A DNA stretch of 64,000 nt, taken from positions 47,877,540 through 47,941,539 of the forward strand of contig NC_081363.1 in the NCBI RefSeq assembly GCF_030684315.1, written 5' to 3'. This stretch comes from Stegostoma tigrinum (taxonomy: Eukaryota). Position 1 is the stretch's first letter, and each line of letters begins with the position of its first letter. The position numbers were made by a program, and so were the translations under genes. Of the stretch, positions 12,241-24,914 are shown piece by piece. The notes beneath the pieces are model-generated. The model had not been told where the DNA came from, searched no databases, and was given only the letters and a program-made list of their open reading frames with translations.

Positions 12241-12783
12241 GTCACTGTTGGCTAAACCAGAGACCTGGATATGCACACTATGTGGAAACAGTACAATTTA
12301 AAGGAGCAACCTGTCAGCAGTGCAGGATAGATCCTCCAAGTCCCAAACCTTATTTCAGCCTAATGCTTGAAGTCCGATAAACTAGGGTTGGTTTCAGTAA
12401 GAGTAAAAGCGCAATTGGCCTGCCGGACCATAGGGTACTTTTTGTTAAAGAGAAATGACCAGTTGAGGTTTAATCTGAGGGTCACCATGTCTCAGATTAA
12501 GGGAGAGGTCGAGAAGGTGAGTCTATCAGTTAAGATAAACCAAATTAACTTTCATGTTTATCACATTTGTAAGTTATTAGCCCAGTTTTTTTCGCACAAT
12601 TTTATTTAGTTAAATTCTAAAATTTAGAATTTATTTCTTAGTTGCAAAAATTAATTTTGATTTGATTTATTACTGTCATGTGTGCTAAGGTACACTGAAA
12701 ACTGTTATCTTATGTCCTTTGCAGACAGATTGTACTATACAAATGCATCAGAGTAATTTTAACATGTCATCTTTGTTTTTCAG

Positions 12784-12795
12784 GATGAATTATCT
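12784..12795 (+). CDS. lgals3: Galectin-3 exon 2 (12-nt microexon, DELS)
   Basis: ctttgtttttcag|GATGAATTATCT|gtaagt; phase 0/0; matches the galectin-3 N-terminal DxxS-LxDAL motif. Confidence 0.78.
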
Positions 12796-14457
12796 GTAAG
12801 TATATACGTTTAGATTTCTGCCAAGTCAAAGACCAGGTACAACTTCAAAAGACAGAGCCTTAACAATTGATATTCATGCAGACTTTGTGGAAGTAATACT
12901 TTACAAGTACTTTCAAAAAGTTTTCTATTTTAATGATTTAATCTGTCATGCCCTTTCTCTTTTTTCCTCCAATTTTGTGCTGATTTTCTGTGCCTCCCAC
13001 GTGTGCTCCATCATGGTGATTACAGCTGTGAGTATTGGCAGGCTACACCTTGCATGATTCTTTCTTCACCCATCCACACTCTCCATCCACCACCTCCACC
13101 CCCCTCCCCAACCACTACCTGGCATAAAATTAGAGAAAACTGGGATCTGCTGACGAGATGACCTACTGCTCATCAAATGGTGATTTTGACAGAAATAAAA
13201 CTTGTTCTGCCAGATAGTGGGAGGTTGAAACGAGCTAGAATTGAGGTGCACTGGACATTCCAGAATAGACAGGAATGTGGGGTGTGGTGAGGAGCTGATG
13301 ATTGTACTGACTAGAATGAAGCTACAGAGGAGTAACACAGCAGACCTGTGTCACATTAGCAAGTAGATTGCGCATTATTTGATGCTCAGGTCAGAAGGAG
13401 ACCGTAATTGGTTGCTATGACTTTTTTTTGTCAAATTTCAATTTGATATCTTGAGAATTTAAGGTTTTTACCAATGTTTTAAAGTTCCTATTATCGATCC
13501 AGTCAATTTTTCTAGGAAAAGCACAAACAAATCAATTTATTGTAATTAAATTTATTTAATTCAGCACATTCAGAGTCATTGGAGCATGGAATTTTGATGT
13601 TTATGCGCATGTAGGCTCCCCCGGGCCCCCCTATCTGTGTGCCAATTAATTGCTTCTGCAAACGTTATTCATCTTTCACTGATACAGGGTCTATTCCTTT
13701 TTTCTCATTTGGGTTGCCTTCAATGTTGTCTGGTCATTCAGTCCTTGATGAGAGTCTTCCCTCCTACATTCATCTTTCAAAAGTCCAATTTTCATTCACC
13801 CTCACCACTCCTCCACACTCCTCCCTCACTGCTCTCCTTTCAAAGTTGCAAACTGTCTTTTTTAAAGAATTCCTTCGTCATCAAGGCTCCATGAGAGTGA
13901 GAGGGCAGCACTCGGGGGTTTTGGCAGGGAGGGGTGGAGAATGGTACTGTAAATACCAATCTAATGAGTTCATGCTCCATGACCTAACATACAGAGATCT
14001 TGTTTTTTTTAATCAATTCTCAGACAGTGGATATGTTCAAATGGTGGACATGTATTTGACTGAGAATGTTCTGATTTACAAAACTCAATTTAAGAAGTGG
14101 ATCAGACTTATTGATGTGATTGCCTTACCCCAAAGCTATGTTTAAAAGTTGATGGATAAAAGTTGTGGCGTGCAAGTTATACGGTCATCAAAAATAGCCT
14201 AGGACAAAGCTGATTCCCGTCTTTGCCCATTGCCAACATATGTACCCTTTGCCGCACTCGGGGGAAATAGGAAAGTTAGTTGTCCTTGTTACATTCCATC
14301 TTAAATGTGAATGAATTTACGTGGTCAAATGTTATCCAGATGAAATGAAGTCCCTTCTCTGAAAAAGCATTGAACAGAGGATCTTTCTGGTCTGTCTTTC
14401 TGTGTTCCATGCACCAAGAGGTAAGCTATTGGGCAACTATCTCACTTTATCTTTTAG

Positions 14458-14694
14458 TTGGAAGATGCTTTGGGTCCTGATTTTTCAAATGCTAACAAAC
14501 TCCATTCTGGTGGTGTAAGTCCACAAGCTGGAAGGCCAGCCCCACAGCCTGGATGGCCAGCCCCACAGCCTGGATGGCCAGCCCCACAGCCTGGAACCTG
14601 GCCTGGACAGGAAGGCCCATATGCTCCCGCTATGCCTGCTCCTTTTGGTTCACCTGGAGCCCCTAATCAGCCTGGTCAAGGAGGCACTGCATTG
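14458..14694 (+). CDS. lgals3: Galectin-3 exon 3 (Pro/Gly-rich N-terminal domain)
   Basis: cttttag|TTG...TTG|gtaagt; 79 codons LEDALGPD...PAPQPGW repeats...GGTAL. Confidence 0.95.
14536..14595 (+). repeat. 21-bp coding tandem repeat (PAPQPGW) x ~3
   Basis: ccagccccacagcctggatgg twice perfectly plus an 18-nt third copy. Confidence 0.95.
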
Positions 14695-16569
14695 GTAAGT
14701 ATTGATCCTTTAAATTAAATAAATAGTGCATGTTATGAATTCAAGAAGTGGTAAAACTTGTTTTCAGTGTGAAGTATCTGTAAATGAAATTGAGAATCTT
14801 TAAATCTCCAGTGTTTTGACTTGTGCAGTTTTTCAGCTACACTTTGAATATGGATCAAATTTCCTTCTGATTCTCTTGGTCTCACTACAAAATAGAAAAC
14901 ATTACAAGAAACTTCACAAAGCTGCTGAGGGAAGTAAATAGATAAATAGCTGTTGTAGAAGAGTTAGGAAAAGTCACTGTAAGCTGAGTTGGAAAAATGT
15001 ATTTTGAGAAGTTTTAAAATAGATGTGGCAAAGTGGTTGTAGAACTGAAATGTAACAATATATGAGATGGTGAATGAATACTTGCACTTACCCACAGACT
15101 TTCTATGATATTTTTCACTCAAACTTACTTCAACTGAAGAATCAATTCATCACGACACTCTCTCCCAGAGAGTCTGAGACCTGTGTGGACAGAACAAACA
15201 ATTGAGTATCTCCTTAACCAATCAAGTTGTAGATTTATTAAGTAAATAGCTAGCAGAATAAACCAAGAATAGACAGAATATTGAATTCTATGTCAAATCA
15301 GATATAAAAAGTAAGAGGAAGAGAAAGGTTGGGTGAAGGCAAATACAAGTTATATAAGTTACACACTGCAGAAGCAGGACATTCTGCCCAGTCAGTCTAT
15401 GTCTTCATTTATTTTCCACCCGAGTTGCCTTACCATTTTTTCCTCATCTAATTCTTCCCTCACTTTTCCCCCAAACGCATGTCTAGTTTCCTCTTAAATG
15501 CATCCATGCCATCCACTCCAGCTATTCCCTTTTGTAGAAAGTTGCATCGTTCTTTGTGTAAATAAGCCTGATAAAAGTTCTGAATAATCCTCCTCACTTT
15601 CAAAAGTTCAATTTTAGTACTAAAGGAAAGAAAAGGGTTGATTTCTTTGGCATCTTGTGATCAATTGAGTACTTACAAAGTATCATAATAAAGCGGTTGT
15701 TTAACAGTAATTATGATTTTTTAAAATCCCAACTTTTCACTTGTACTGAAATAGTCATGCCCTAATTTCTGTGAGTTAAGTGGATATACGTAACACACGC
15801 CGAAAATTCACACTTGCATTTATTTCAATGTAAATGTCTCAGCAAGATAACAGTATGGTGCACTTTCTGGAGAAACAGGGAAACTGACATCAACTTCACA
15901 GTTTCCACATTTAACGTCAAAGTTAGCTGCAGTCTAATTTGTACTTCAAAAATGATGAGTGTTGGTGTTCTTACTGTTGCCTGTACAAAGCAATCTAGCC
16001 CGTTAAGAATGTACTATATAGATTTACCCAGAATGCTGTTAGGGAAGGAAGCTATAGCTATGAGAAACCCTTCAAGATAATGAAAATATTTTCTTAGACC
16101 TCTTGTGTTGGAAATGCTAGTCCATACTAGACAATATTCTCTTGCACTTAATTGGCTATCCAGAATTAGGCATGAATTATGGTCACAAAGGTGTGCCATT
16201 GTATGATGAACAGAGCAATACAGGTGGGATGAGTCATTTTTTTATTTGAAAGGGAGAAGAGAATTGTGCTTGCAACTGGATTTGTCATTTTATTTTGGAG
16301 TAGAAACACACTGGGACCATTTTCATTGCCCGCCAATTAGACATTTTCTAATCTTAAGCAATGTGTATGCACCTTCCTTTGGTGTAAAAGAAATTATGAT
16401 GCCAATCTGATAAAAACTCCAACATGCGTTGGCTTTTATCGCAGACTGGCACATTAATGGGATGTATTTGGCAGACGGTAAAACTAGAAATTCTGTGGCA
16501 TAAATGGAATATTGATAGAATCTTTCAATTTCCAATTACATGTTTTTTGTTTTCACTTGATATTTTCAG

Positions 16570-16658
16570 CCAGTGCCTTATGATCTTCCTATACCAGGAG
16601 GTTGGCAGCCACAGAGAATGGTCAAGATAGTTGGAACTGTCAAAATGAATGCTGAAAA
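16570..16658 (+). CDS. lgals3: Galectin-3 exon 4 (CRD start)
   Basis: ttttcag|CCAGTG...GAAAA|gtaagt; 89 nt; PVPYDLPIPGGWQPQRMVKIVGTVKMNAE versus human [29 protein letters not shown]. Confidence 0.96.
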
Positions 16659-17619
16659 GTAAGTTTTTTTTGATATGGCTGAAACCTTTTTAAAATTTAC
16701 CTAACATTGCACCAGTAGTACTCTTGCAGCTTGTATGAGGGTGTTAGCCAATTGTTTGTTCTCCACATGATATTAAAAATATGAGGACTATACCATCTGC
16801 AGGTGCTTGTTTTTGTTAGAACACATTTGTGTAGATTTTGTAATTTTTCATTCTCATAGCCACTCTTGATATTTGAACTTGACCATTAGTCTTGATTTCA
16901 ATTTTGGCCCTTGGAAATCCTGGATGGATCTCCAGTTGTAGGACCAGGAAATCATTTGGAAGTTGAATTCTGGCTGTGTTTTCTGACCTACCATTTTCAA
17001 GAGGAGTGGCTCCTGAGTGAAGTGGAACTGATGTGAGGCCCAAAGAAAGGCCACAAAACTTTTAACTGCCAAAGGCTTTCAAACCGGAAAAACGTCACAG
17101 TAAAATTCCTTACTGATCTCTGCAGATTGACTGACAGGTTGAACAATGGCTTGCATTCCATTAGGCCTTATTTGTGCCTTCCCTCCATTATCCATTGGCG
17201 TGGCAACACCTCGACATTCTGAGCCTTTGATCATGAAAATTCCACTTTGTACACACAAACGTATGATGTGTTTTGCCTAACATTGAAATTACCCAATCTT
17301 TGCAAAGAGAACAGAATCTATAACAAGAGAAATTTGGAAATTTTACACTGTCACATTTTGACCATGGAGCAGGACTGTGGAATTTTTAGCCCTGGATTCA
17401 TGGCTGCGCTGATCAGTGAAATGATAGGCTGTCAGTGGCTGTCAGATCCTGAAGGTTGTTTGAGAGGCACCAGCACAAATAGTGGGCAGCAGTTTCTGGA
17501 AGCTACTTCACTCTTCAATAATCTTTTGTTGAATAGTGTCAGGTGTCAATATTTTTTAACTGCCTTCCAATACACATAAGTTTTGTGTTTTGCATTTTTT
17601 GCATGTTTTTCTCTTACAC

Positions 17620-17990
17620 TATGAGGAAAGATTGGGTAGGTTGGGATTATTTTCTTTGGAGTAGCGAAGCTTGAGAGAGGATCTGAGAGAGATGTATAAG
17701 ATTAGGAGGGGCATTAATAGGGTGGATAAGAATGTATTTCTTTCATTTGTGGAGTGATCAATAACTGAGGAATGTAGATTTAAGGTAAGTGGTAGAAGGC
17801 TAAGAGGAGAATTCAAGAGAATTATTTTCACTGAGAGTGGTAGTCTGGATCTCACTGTCTGAAGGGATGGTTGAGTCAGAAACTCTTGGTACATTTAAGC
17901 AAATTTAGATATTCAGTTATGTGACCATAGCCTCCATAGCTTTAAGCCAAAAGCTGAAAGACGGGATAAGTGTTATCAGATCTTCGAACA
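17620..17990 (+). mobile_element. CR1-type LINE 3' region
   Basis: Degenerate YEERL..LGLFSLE..LR.DL motif as in 43410-43480. Confidence 0.75.
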
Positions 17991-18034
17991 GCATGAGAAA
18001 ATTTATATTGTATAGCCTCCTTGGGAGTGCTGTA

Positions 18035-18680
18035 AATACAGGGGTGAGATCCAGTTGTTGTTGTCCACATTGGAAACCAAGGACGTAAATAGGACTGGAA
18101 AGGAGATCTTGCTGAAATGATTTGAACAGTTGGGAGCTAAATTAAAAGGCAGAACCTCCAAGGTGTTAATCTCTGGAATACTTTCTAAGCTGCTGGCAAA
18201 GAGTAAGTACTGTCAAGGAGTTAACTAAATGGTTCAGAGGTTGGTGTGGGAGGAATGGCTTTGAATTCATGTGGCACTGACACCAGTAATGAGGCGAAAG
18301 GGAGCTGTTCTGGTGGGATGGGCTTCACTTGATCCATGTTTGGACCTGTGTGTTGATGAATTGAATAATGGGGGCTGTAGAGAGGACTTTAAACTAAATA
18401 GGAAGGGTGTAAGGTTCTGGAGACAGGCTTGTAAAGCAAAAGCTTTATATAAAGACAAAGCAAAAGCAAATGGCAGCATTATAAGGCAGCTACTTGGGTA
18501 AAAATACCCAGAGTGAGACATGAAGGGACAGTCTGACCAAATGTGAAAAATACAGCAAATAGCGTCAAAGAAGAAAACACAGTAAAAAGGCAAAAATAGT
18601 AGCTCTTTACTTTAATTCACGTAGTATTTGAGACAAAATATGTAAAGTAATGGTGCAAGTAGAAGTTATTGGGTTACATC
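18035..18680 (+). mobile_element. CR1-type LINE 5' region (ORF1 esterase-like remnant and ORF2 start)
   Basis: Degenerate VVVHIG...FEQLGAKLKGRTSKVLISG, resembling CR1 ORF1 SGNH esterase. Confidence 0.6.
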
Positions 18681-18799
18681 CCTCTAATTTTTCTGATCAC
18701 TGCATGTATGACAGCAGCTCCTGGATCCAGAAGTCAATGCATTTGTGTGCTGATTGGTGGCACAGACCATCTGAGCCATTGTGCTATGGCGCAGCTTCG

Positions 18800-19635
18800 A
18801 CCATAAGATCTAGAAGCAGAATTAAGCTATTTGGCTCATCAGGTCTGCCCTGCCTTCTCCCCATACCCGTTGATCACCTTCCGAATTAAGACCCTAACTA
18901 TCTCTGTGTTAAATAGTGAGTGGCCTGGCCTCTGTATCATCAGTAGGTGACAGAGGTTAACCACCCCTATGGCTGAAGAAATTCCTCATCTCAATTGTAA
19001 AGGGTCATCCCTTCACTCTGAAGCTATGCCCTCAGATCCTAGTCTCTCCTACCAATGGAAACATCTTCTCCAAGTCCACTGTATTCAAGCTTCTCAATAT
19101 TCCATAGTTTTCAATGAGATCTCCCCTTCATCCTTATATACCGTCTTAACGTGCACTTGTATTCCAGCCCTCTTGAAATGAATGCGAATATTGCATTGCC
19201 TTTCTAACTGCCACCTGCATGTTAACCTGAAGAGAATCCTGAACTCAGACTTCCAAGTCCCTTTGCACTTCAGATTGCTGAAGCCTTTCCCCATTTAGAC
19301 AATGGTCTACGCCTCTATACTTCCCATCAAAGTGCTCACACTTTCCCACATTGCATTCCACTTCCCACTTCTTTGTCCATTCTCCTAACTGGTTTATGTC
19401 TTTCTGTAACCTCACCACTTCTGCAACATTTCATCAATGCTACCTGTCTCTCCACCTATCTTCGTATTCACTGCAAACTCAGCGACAGTGCTCTCAGCCC
19501 CTTCTTTCAGATCGTTAACGCATAACATGAATAGTTGTGGTCCCAACACTGACCCCTGTGGAACTCCACTTGTCACCAGCTGTCATCCTTTAAATAAATC
19601 TTTATATTCCTATTCTCTGCCTTCTGCAAATGAGC
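18800..19635 (-). mobile_element. CR1-type LINE RT/3' fragment
   Basis: Homologous to 21241-21740 and 6025-7050. Confidence 0.8.
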
Positions 19636-21240
19636 CAGGTAAGGAGCAAGGAATCATATCATCCTCTTTATTCAGCCAGCTAGTTTCAAGAAGGTTAACA
19701 AAAACACAGGGTCCCTTTCCTCATGGATATCTTTCCCAATTCCAATGTATTCTTATTTTTTAAGTAGTAGGCTTTCTTAAGTTAATCAAAGAGTGAGTCT
19801 GTTGGTTAAAAAAAATGCAAGGAAATACAAAACACAATATACACATAAGATTAGAAATAAGAAATTATAAAAAGATACCAGTTAGAAAGGACATACAAAT
19901 TGGTCTTTTTTTAATCCTTGAGAGTAGTGGTGAAATGTAATGGCTGTTAAGTTGGGTGATTATGGTAGCCTGAGTTCAGTGTGGAAGTTAAACAGTTGAT
20001 TTAAAGATTCTGTATTTTGCAGGTTTGCTGAGAGGAGTTATCCTGCTTCTTGTTGTGTGCAAGAGAGAAAATGTTTCCACCTTTTCAATTATGCATGGAT
20101 GTATAATCAATGTTCTCCAGCGGTAACCGTTGTAGCATGCTCTAACCCAGTACCACTAGAACGCTAAACTAGTTCAAATACACTAATGGTGCTTTTGGTT
20201 TTCGACTCCTCTCGTGTATTCCCAGTAGGTGTGTAGAGGCCTGATTGGATAAGCTGAAGGAGTAAGCATGAGAGAGATGAGGGAATTGAAAGCAAAAAGA
20301 ACTTTTCAGTGTGTTGAAGAGAGACAGGAAATAATTTCCTTGCTTTGTAATTAAATTAAAAGAGAATGTTTTTGGAATTGTGTTTCCTTTATTGAGGAGG
20401 GATGGGACTGTTTCCAGCAGAAAAGAATGTACAAAAAATAATTCTGGAGATGAGTGAAATGACAGCAGAGTGGGCTTAGCTGAATGACAGTTGGGAGAGC
20501 CCACACAGAAGGAGAAGCTGAATGGCTGCTCTCTGAGCTGTTCCTACTCTAGGGCTAAGATCTTTTGTCCTATGTAAGTTAATACATTTGGAAAGCCGCT
20601 AAATTAATCCTTCTCCTCCTCTGCCTTCACCCCTTCACACCACTTTGTTGTAGTGTTGCTCATTCATTCTCCTGTTGCCGCTAGAGCTGCCATTGGAACT
20701 TCCTAGGAGGTGAAATAAGGAAGTAACCCATTCCAGTGCACTTTTTATGGTGGTTTTTTATAGCTGCAATGCATTTATCATTTTGCTCTATTAATATCCC
20801 TTGTACAAAAAGCTTTGATGCCAAAAATGCATATTTTGAATGTACGAGAGACTGACCACTGACAGTTGCTGCACACCCTTGGATACTGATCTTAAAGCCT
20901 GCATGATGCTACAATGCCCCTCAGTCAGAAGCTCTTTTATATTTAGGGTCTCATGACCGCAAAGCTGTGGGCAGTTTTCTCCCGTGCTGGGAGTTTGGTG
21001 CAGCTGTGTGTACATGCCACTCCTAACTCCTGGTATTTTGTTGCGTCATATCCTTCCTGATGCTGTCTAATTTTGTCCCAGTAAAAGTCTGACCACTGTG
21101 TGGATGTGATAAAGCAGCTGATACAGAAAGTGACATTCAAGAGTTTAGAAAATAGGCAGCAACAGACCCCAGGAGTTCCTTCATCTTCCTTATCATGATC
21201 ATCAGAGTCAACAAAGAAGAAATTTGTGTCTAATTTTCTT

Positions 21241-21740
21241 GATTCAGTTAGATCCCTCCTCATCCTTCTAACTTCCAATGAGAATAGTCCCAGAGTCCTC
21301 AAACTTTTCTCATATGTTAAGCTTTTCATTCCTGGGATCATTCTCATGAACCTCCTCTGAACCCACTCAAGGGCCAGTACCTCCTTCCTGAGATATGGGG
21401 CCCAAAACTGCACACAGATGTGGCCTGACCAGAGTGTTAGAAAGCCTCAGTAGTACATCCCTGCTTTTTTATTCAAGTACTCTCAAAATAAATGCCAACA
21501 TTGCACTTGCCCTCCTGATTACTGATTCAACCTGCAAGTTTACCTTGAGAGAATCCTGGACTAGAACTCCCAATTCTGTTTGCTCTTCAGACTTCTGAAT
21601 TTTCTCCACATTTAGAAAATAATCCATGCTTTTATTCTTCTTACCAAAGTGCATGACCTCACACTTCCCCACATTGTACTCCATCTGCCACTTCTTTGTC
21701 GACTCTCCTATCCTGCCCAAGCCCTTCTGCAGCCTTTTGT
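21241..21740 (-). mobile_element. CR1-type LINE RT fragment
   Basis: Minus ORFs give WQMEYNVGKCEVMHFG and QFWAPYLRKEVLALEWVQRRF. Confidence 0.9.
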
Positions 21741-22797
21741 GCATTGCAGGTAATTGACATTCAAATCATAAGGGGTCTGAGGTGGTAGTGAGCACGTCCA
21801 TGGATAGCCATAATCTAGGATCTTTAGTTAATATGTTAATTATTTGAGAGTATAACAGAAGTTTAGTTACTTAACTCTTCCTTTAAGCCTGAAGAGTGTA
21901 CTAGTCAGAAGAGAGATGTGGAAAATGGTAGGTGCAATAATTTGTACTTCCTAATCATGTCACCGAATTTTTGTACCACTGGTTCGCACTCCCAGAAGTG
22001 TGGAGTTGGCACTTCCTGCCATTGCTACGTTCTCCATATTGGACGACTAGTATTTTTGTGGTCACCTGGCATGGAAGTCGCAATGGTCTGTGCCGCTTGA
22101 GTTTAACTTTATCCAGGAGGGTTTCCAAGAAATTACAGCCTTTTCTTTCTCTACCCCTATTTTGCCCTAGTGTATGGTTTAGCTACCACCTGTGTTACAC
22201 ATTTACAGAAAGGCAGTGATGAGGTAAGAAGTTGGGTTAGCTGACATTCAACTAAGTCAGCAAAGCATAATTCCGAATCAGATGCTGACTTCTCCACGTA
22301 CTTCTTCAATCTTCAGCCAGAACTGGCTTTTAAAGGCTGTACATTCATTTCCATACAGCCATGTACATTTCTCCTGCTTTCCATGTGTTTTGTGTGAATC
22401 ACTATGATGGATGTTCAAGTGAACAGTCCAAGGAAATTCTCATGTAAATGCCCCTGAAGAACATCTGAGGCCATGATATCTAATGCAGAGAAGTTTGGAC
22501 ATGCAATCCAGGTCCGTCCGTTCCTGAATGGTGTGCTACCTTTTGCTGTCTGTTCTGTTCCTTTTGTTCCCCTTCCCTAAAGGCATTACCTCACACTTCT
22601 CTGAAATGAATTCCATTTGCCACGTTTCTGCCCATCAGACCAGCACATGGATATCCTGCTGTAGTTTGCATCTTTCTTCCTTACAGCCAATTGCGTACCA
22701 TCCGCGAACGCCTTGAATCTTTTTCTTAAATGGAGCATCATTGAGTGTCAGTCATTATCATGTGTCATGAAAAGACAGAACCTGACACTGAGAAGGA

Positions 22798-23023
22798 TCT
22801 TGGGGTGCAGTGGCTGTGTCCCTGTCTCTGGGCCAAGCTTCCCCAGGTGTGTGTCCTAACATGTCCGAACAGGTTGAGTTTAAAAATATCAACTTTGTGC
22901 TGAGCCTGGCAGGATGCTCATCAGGGTATTTTTAATCAACCTGTTCAGGGGTGTTACGTAAATAACTCTGGTGCAGGTGGAACTTGGCTTTGACATAGGG
23001 ACCATTACCACTGTGCCACAAGA
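22798..23023. mobile_element. Tail-to-tail pair of a short tRNA-derived SINE, inside an old LINE
   Basis: 22798-22890 (+) and 22925-23023 (-) both match the copy at 30487-30600, which has a B-box ggttcaagtc. Confidence 0.6.
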
Positions 23024-24421
23024 ACCCCCAGAATGCTCCCAGAAATAGCCTTCCTGTCTCCGAAACACCTGTCAACCATTATCATTTGCTTCCTGCTACT
23101 GAGCTGATTTTGAATCTAATTTGTCACTTTCCCCTGTATCTAATAAGTTTTTAATACCCTTCTAGTTTGCTACGTGGAATCTTCTCAAAAGGCTTTGTTA
23201 AAATCCATGAAAAAAAATCAAACATACTGTCCTCGTTGACACTTCTCATTACCTCCCCAGAAAAATATTCAAACACACAAATGAGACCTGACCTTAATAA
23301 GTCCATTTAAATGTCCCTAACTAATCCGTGCCTTTTCAAATATTTCCTCTCACTATGTTTATCCCATCCAATTTTCACACTCAATCTGATTAATTTCCCC
23401 ATCATTCCCCTCTTTTGTAAAGGCCAAAGCAATGTATTCATTGACAATCATAGCCTGTGTTTTTTCACGTCTACATGCAGGTGAATTTTTGGTTTCCAAT
23501 TAGTCCTCATCTTTCTTTCATTATCCTGTTATTCTTTATATATTTTCACAATGTCCGAGACTTTGCCTTTGTTTTGTGTCAGTGCTTTTTCAGGACTCCG
23601 TATAACTGCCCAGCTTTCACTTTTTTAACTTAAGCAATTTTACACACAGTGATGAAATATAAACCATTGTGACTTTACAGGAGACAGATTGCTTCATTTT
23701 GTTCTCCCTCGGATCTGTACTTTGAGTGAAAGATATATTCGTTCTTTAAATAAACACATTTAGAAGTTAAAGATGGTATTAAATGAAAACAAGGTATAAA
23801 AATTGCTCAGAGAAAACAATGAACCCAAGAGCTGGGAACGGTTTAGAAATCAGCAAAAGAGGACCAAGGGATTGATTCAGAACGAGTAAATTGAGAAGGA
23901 GCTTAGGTTTGTGGGAAACATAAGAACTGACTGCAAATGTTTCTATAGGTATGTGAAGAGAAAAATATTGGTGAAAATTAATGTAGATGCCTCGTAAATG
24001 CCAATTTACAATATGAATTATCACAGTAGTAGGGTTTTTTTTGCCATTAAGGCTTTGATCCTGATGGGGAGCGCTGGTGGGGAGATAAAATCTGAGGCAC
24101 ATTTCTGCCGTCAGGCCAGGGACGATTGGTGGAGTTAGTGTCCGTGATGTCAGGGAAGTGTTGTAAGTTCATGATGTGCCACCTTTATAGGACAGTCACT
24201 AAACTACAACACTCTCTTCATTCAATATCAATCAGAAAATTTTTGCTAGTTTCCCAGTTAGTTGAATGAAGAATGACGTAGGATTATTCTGACCAGATTA
24301 GGTGAAAAGTGGTCAGAAGAGGCTTAAGTGGAGAGTAGATGCTGGGTCGATCTATTTAGACGAAGCAGCAGTTTCTGTGCCGTAAGTTCCACTTAATGTT
24401 TGTCTAATTTTATTTCCACAG

Positions 24422-24593
24422 ATTTGTTTTCGATGTATACTCTGGCCAGGATATTGTGTTTCATTTCAGCGCTCGCTTTAGGGAGGGTGGCTCTCACCAA
24501 GTATTGGTTCGCAATAGCAGGATCGGTAATGCTTGGGGTGGAGAAGAAAGGGATGCACCCAGGTTTCCATTCAAATATGGTGAACGATTTGAA
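24422..24593 (+). CDS. lgals3: Galectin-3 exon 5 (sugar-binding core)
   Basis: ttccacag|ATTT...GAA|gtaagt; FVFDVYSGQDIVFHFSARFREGGSHQVLVRNSRIGNAWGGEERDAPRFPFKYGERFE. Confidence 0.97.
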
Positions 24594-24914
24594 GTAAGTG
24601 AAATATTCCTATTCCTGATGGGTCCTAGTGAAATGCAACATTATCTCCAAGGAAGTGTTACAAGTGCACCTTAATTTTATTTTAAATTAGTACAGATAAA
24701 AGATCTGAAACTGAGCATAGGAATCTGTTATTCTGAGGATTTTCTAGGACCGACTGTTGTGCCACTCTGACCTTTTATTATATATTGGAGTCATTACACA
24801 TTTATTCCAGCCCCTCTGAGCAGATTCTAATATAACTGTGGCTGTCTCAAAGCCAAAACATCCAAAGACCCAAGATCCGCATTGAAAGGGCCATGGGTTC
24901 CTGCATGGTACAAA

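Noticed and set aside
13639-14145. 168-aa ORF in intron 2
   Set aside because: No recognisable domain or flanking splice structure; non-ATG start
14458-14694. galig-like overlapping ORFs in exon 3
   Set aside because: Both alternative frames hit stops early; the longest ATG-initiated piece I traced is under 40 codons
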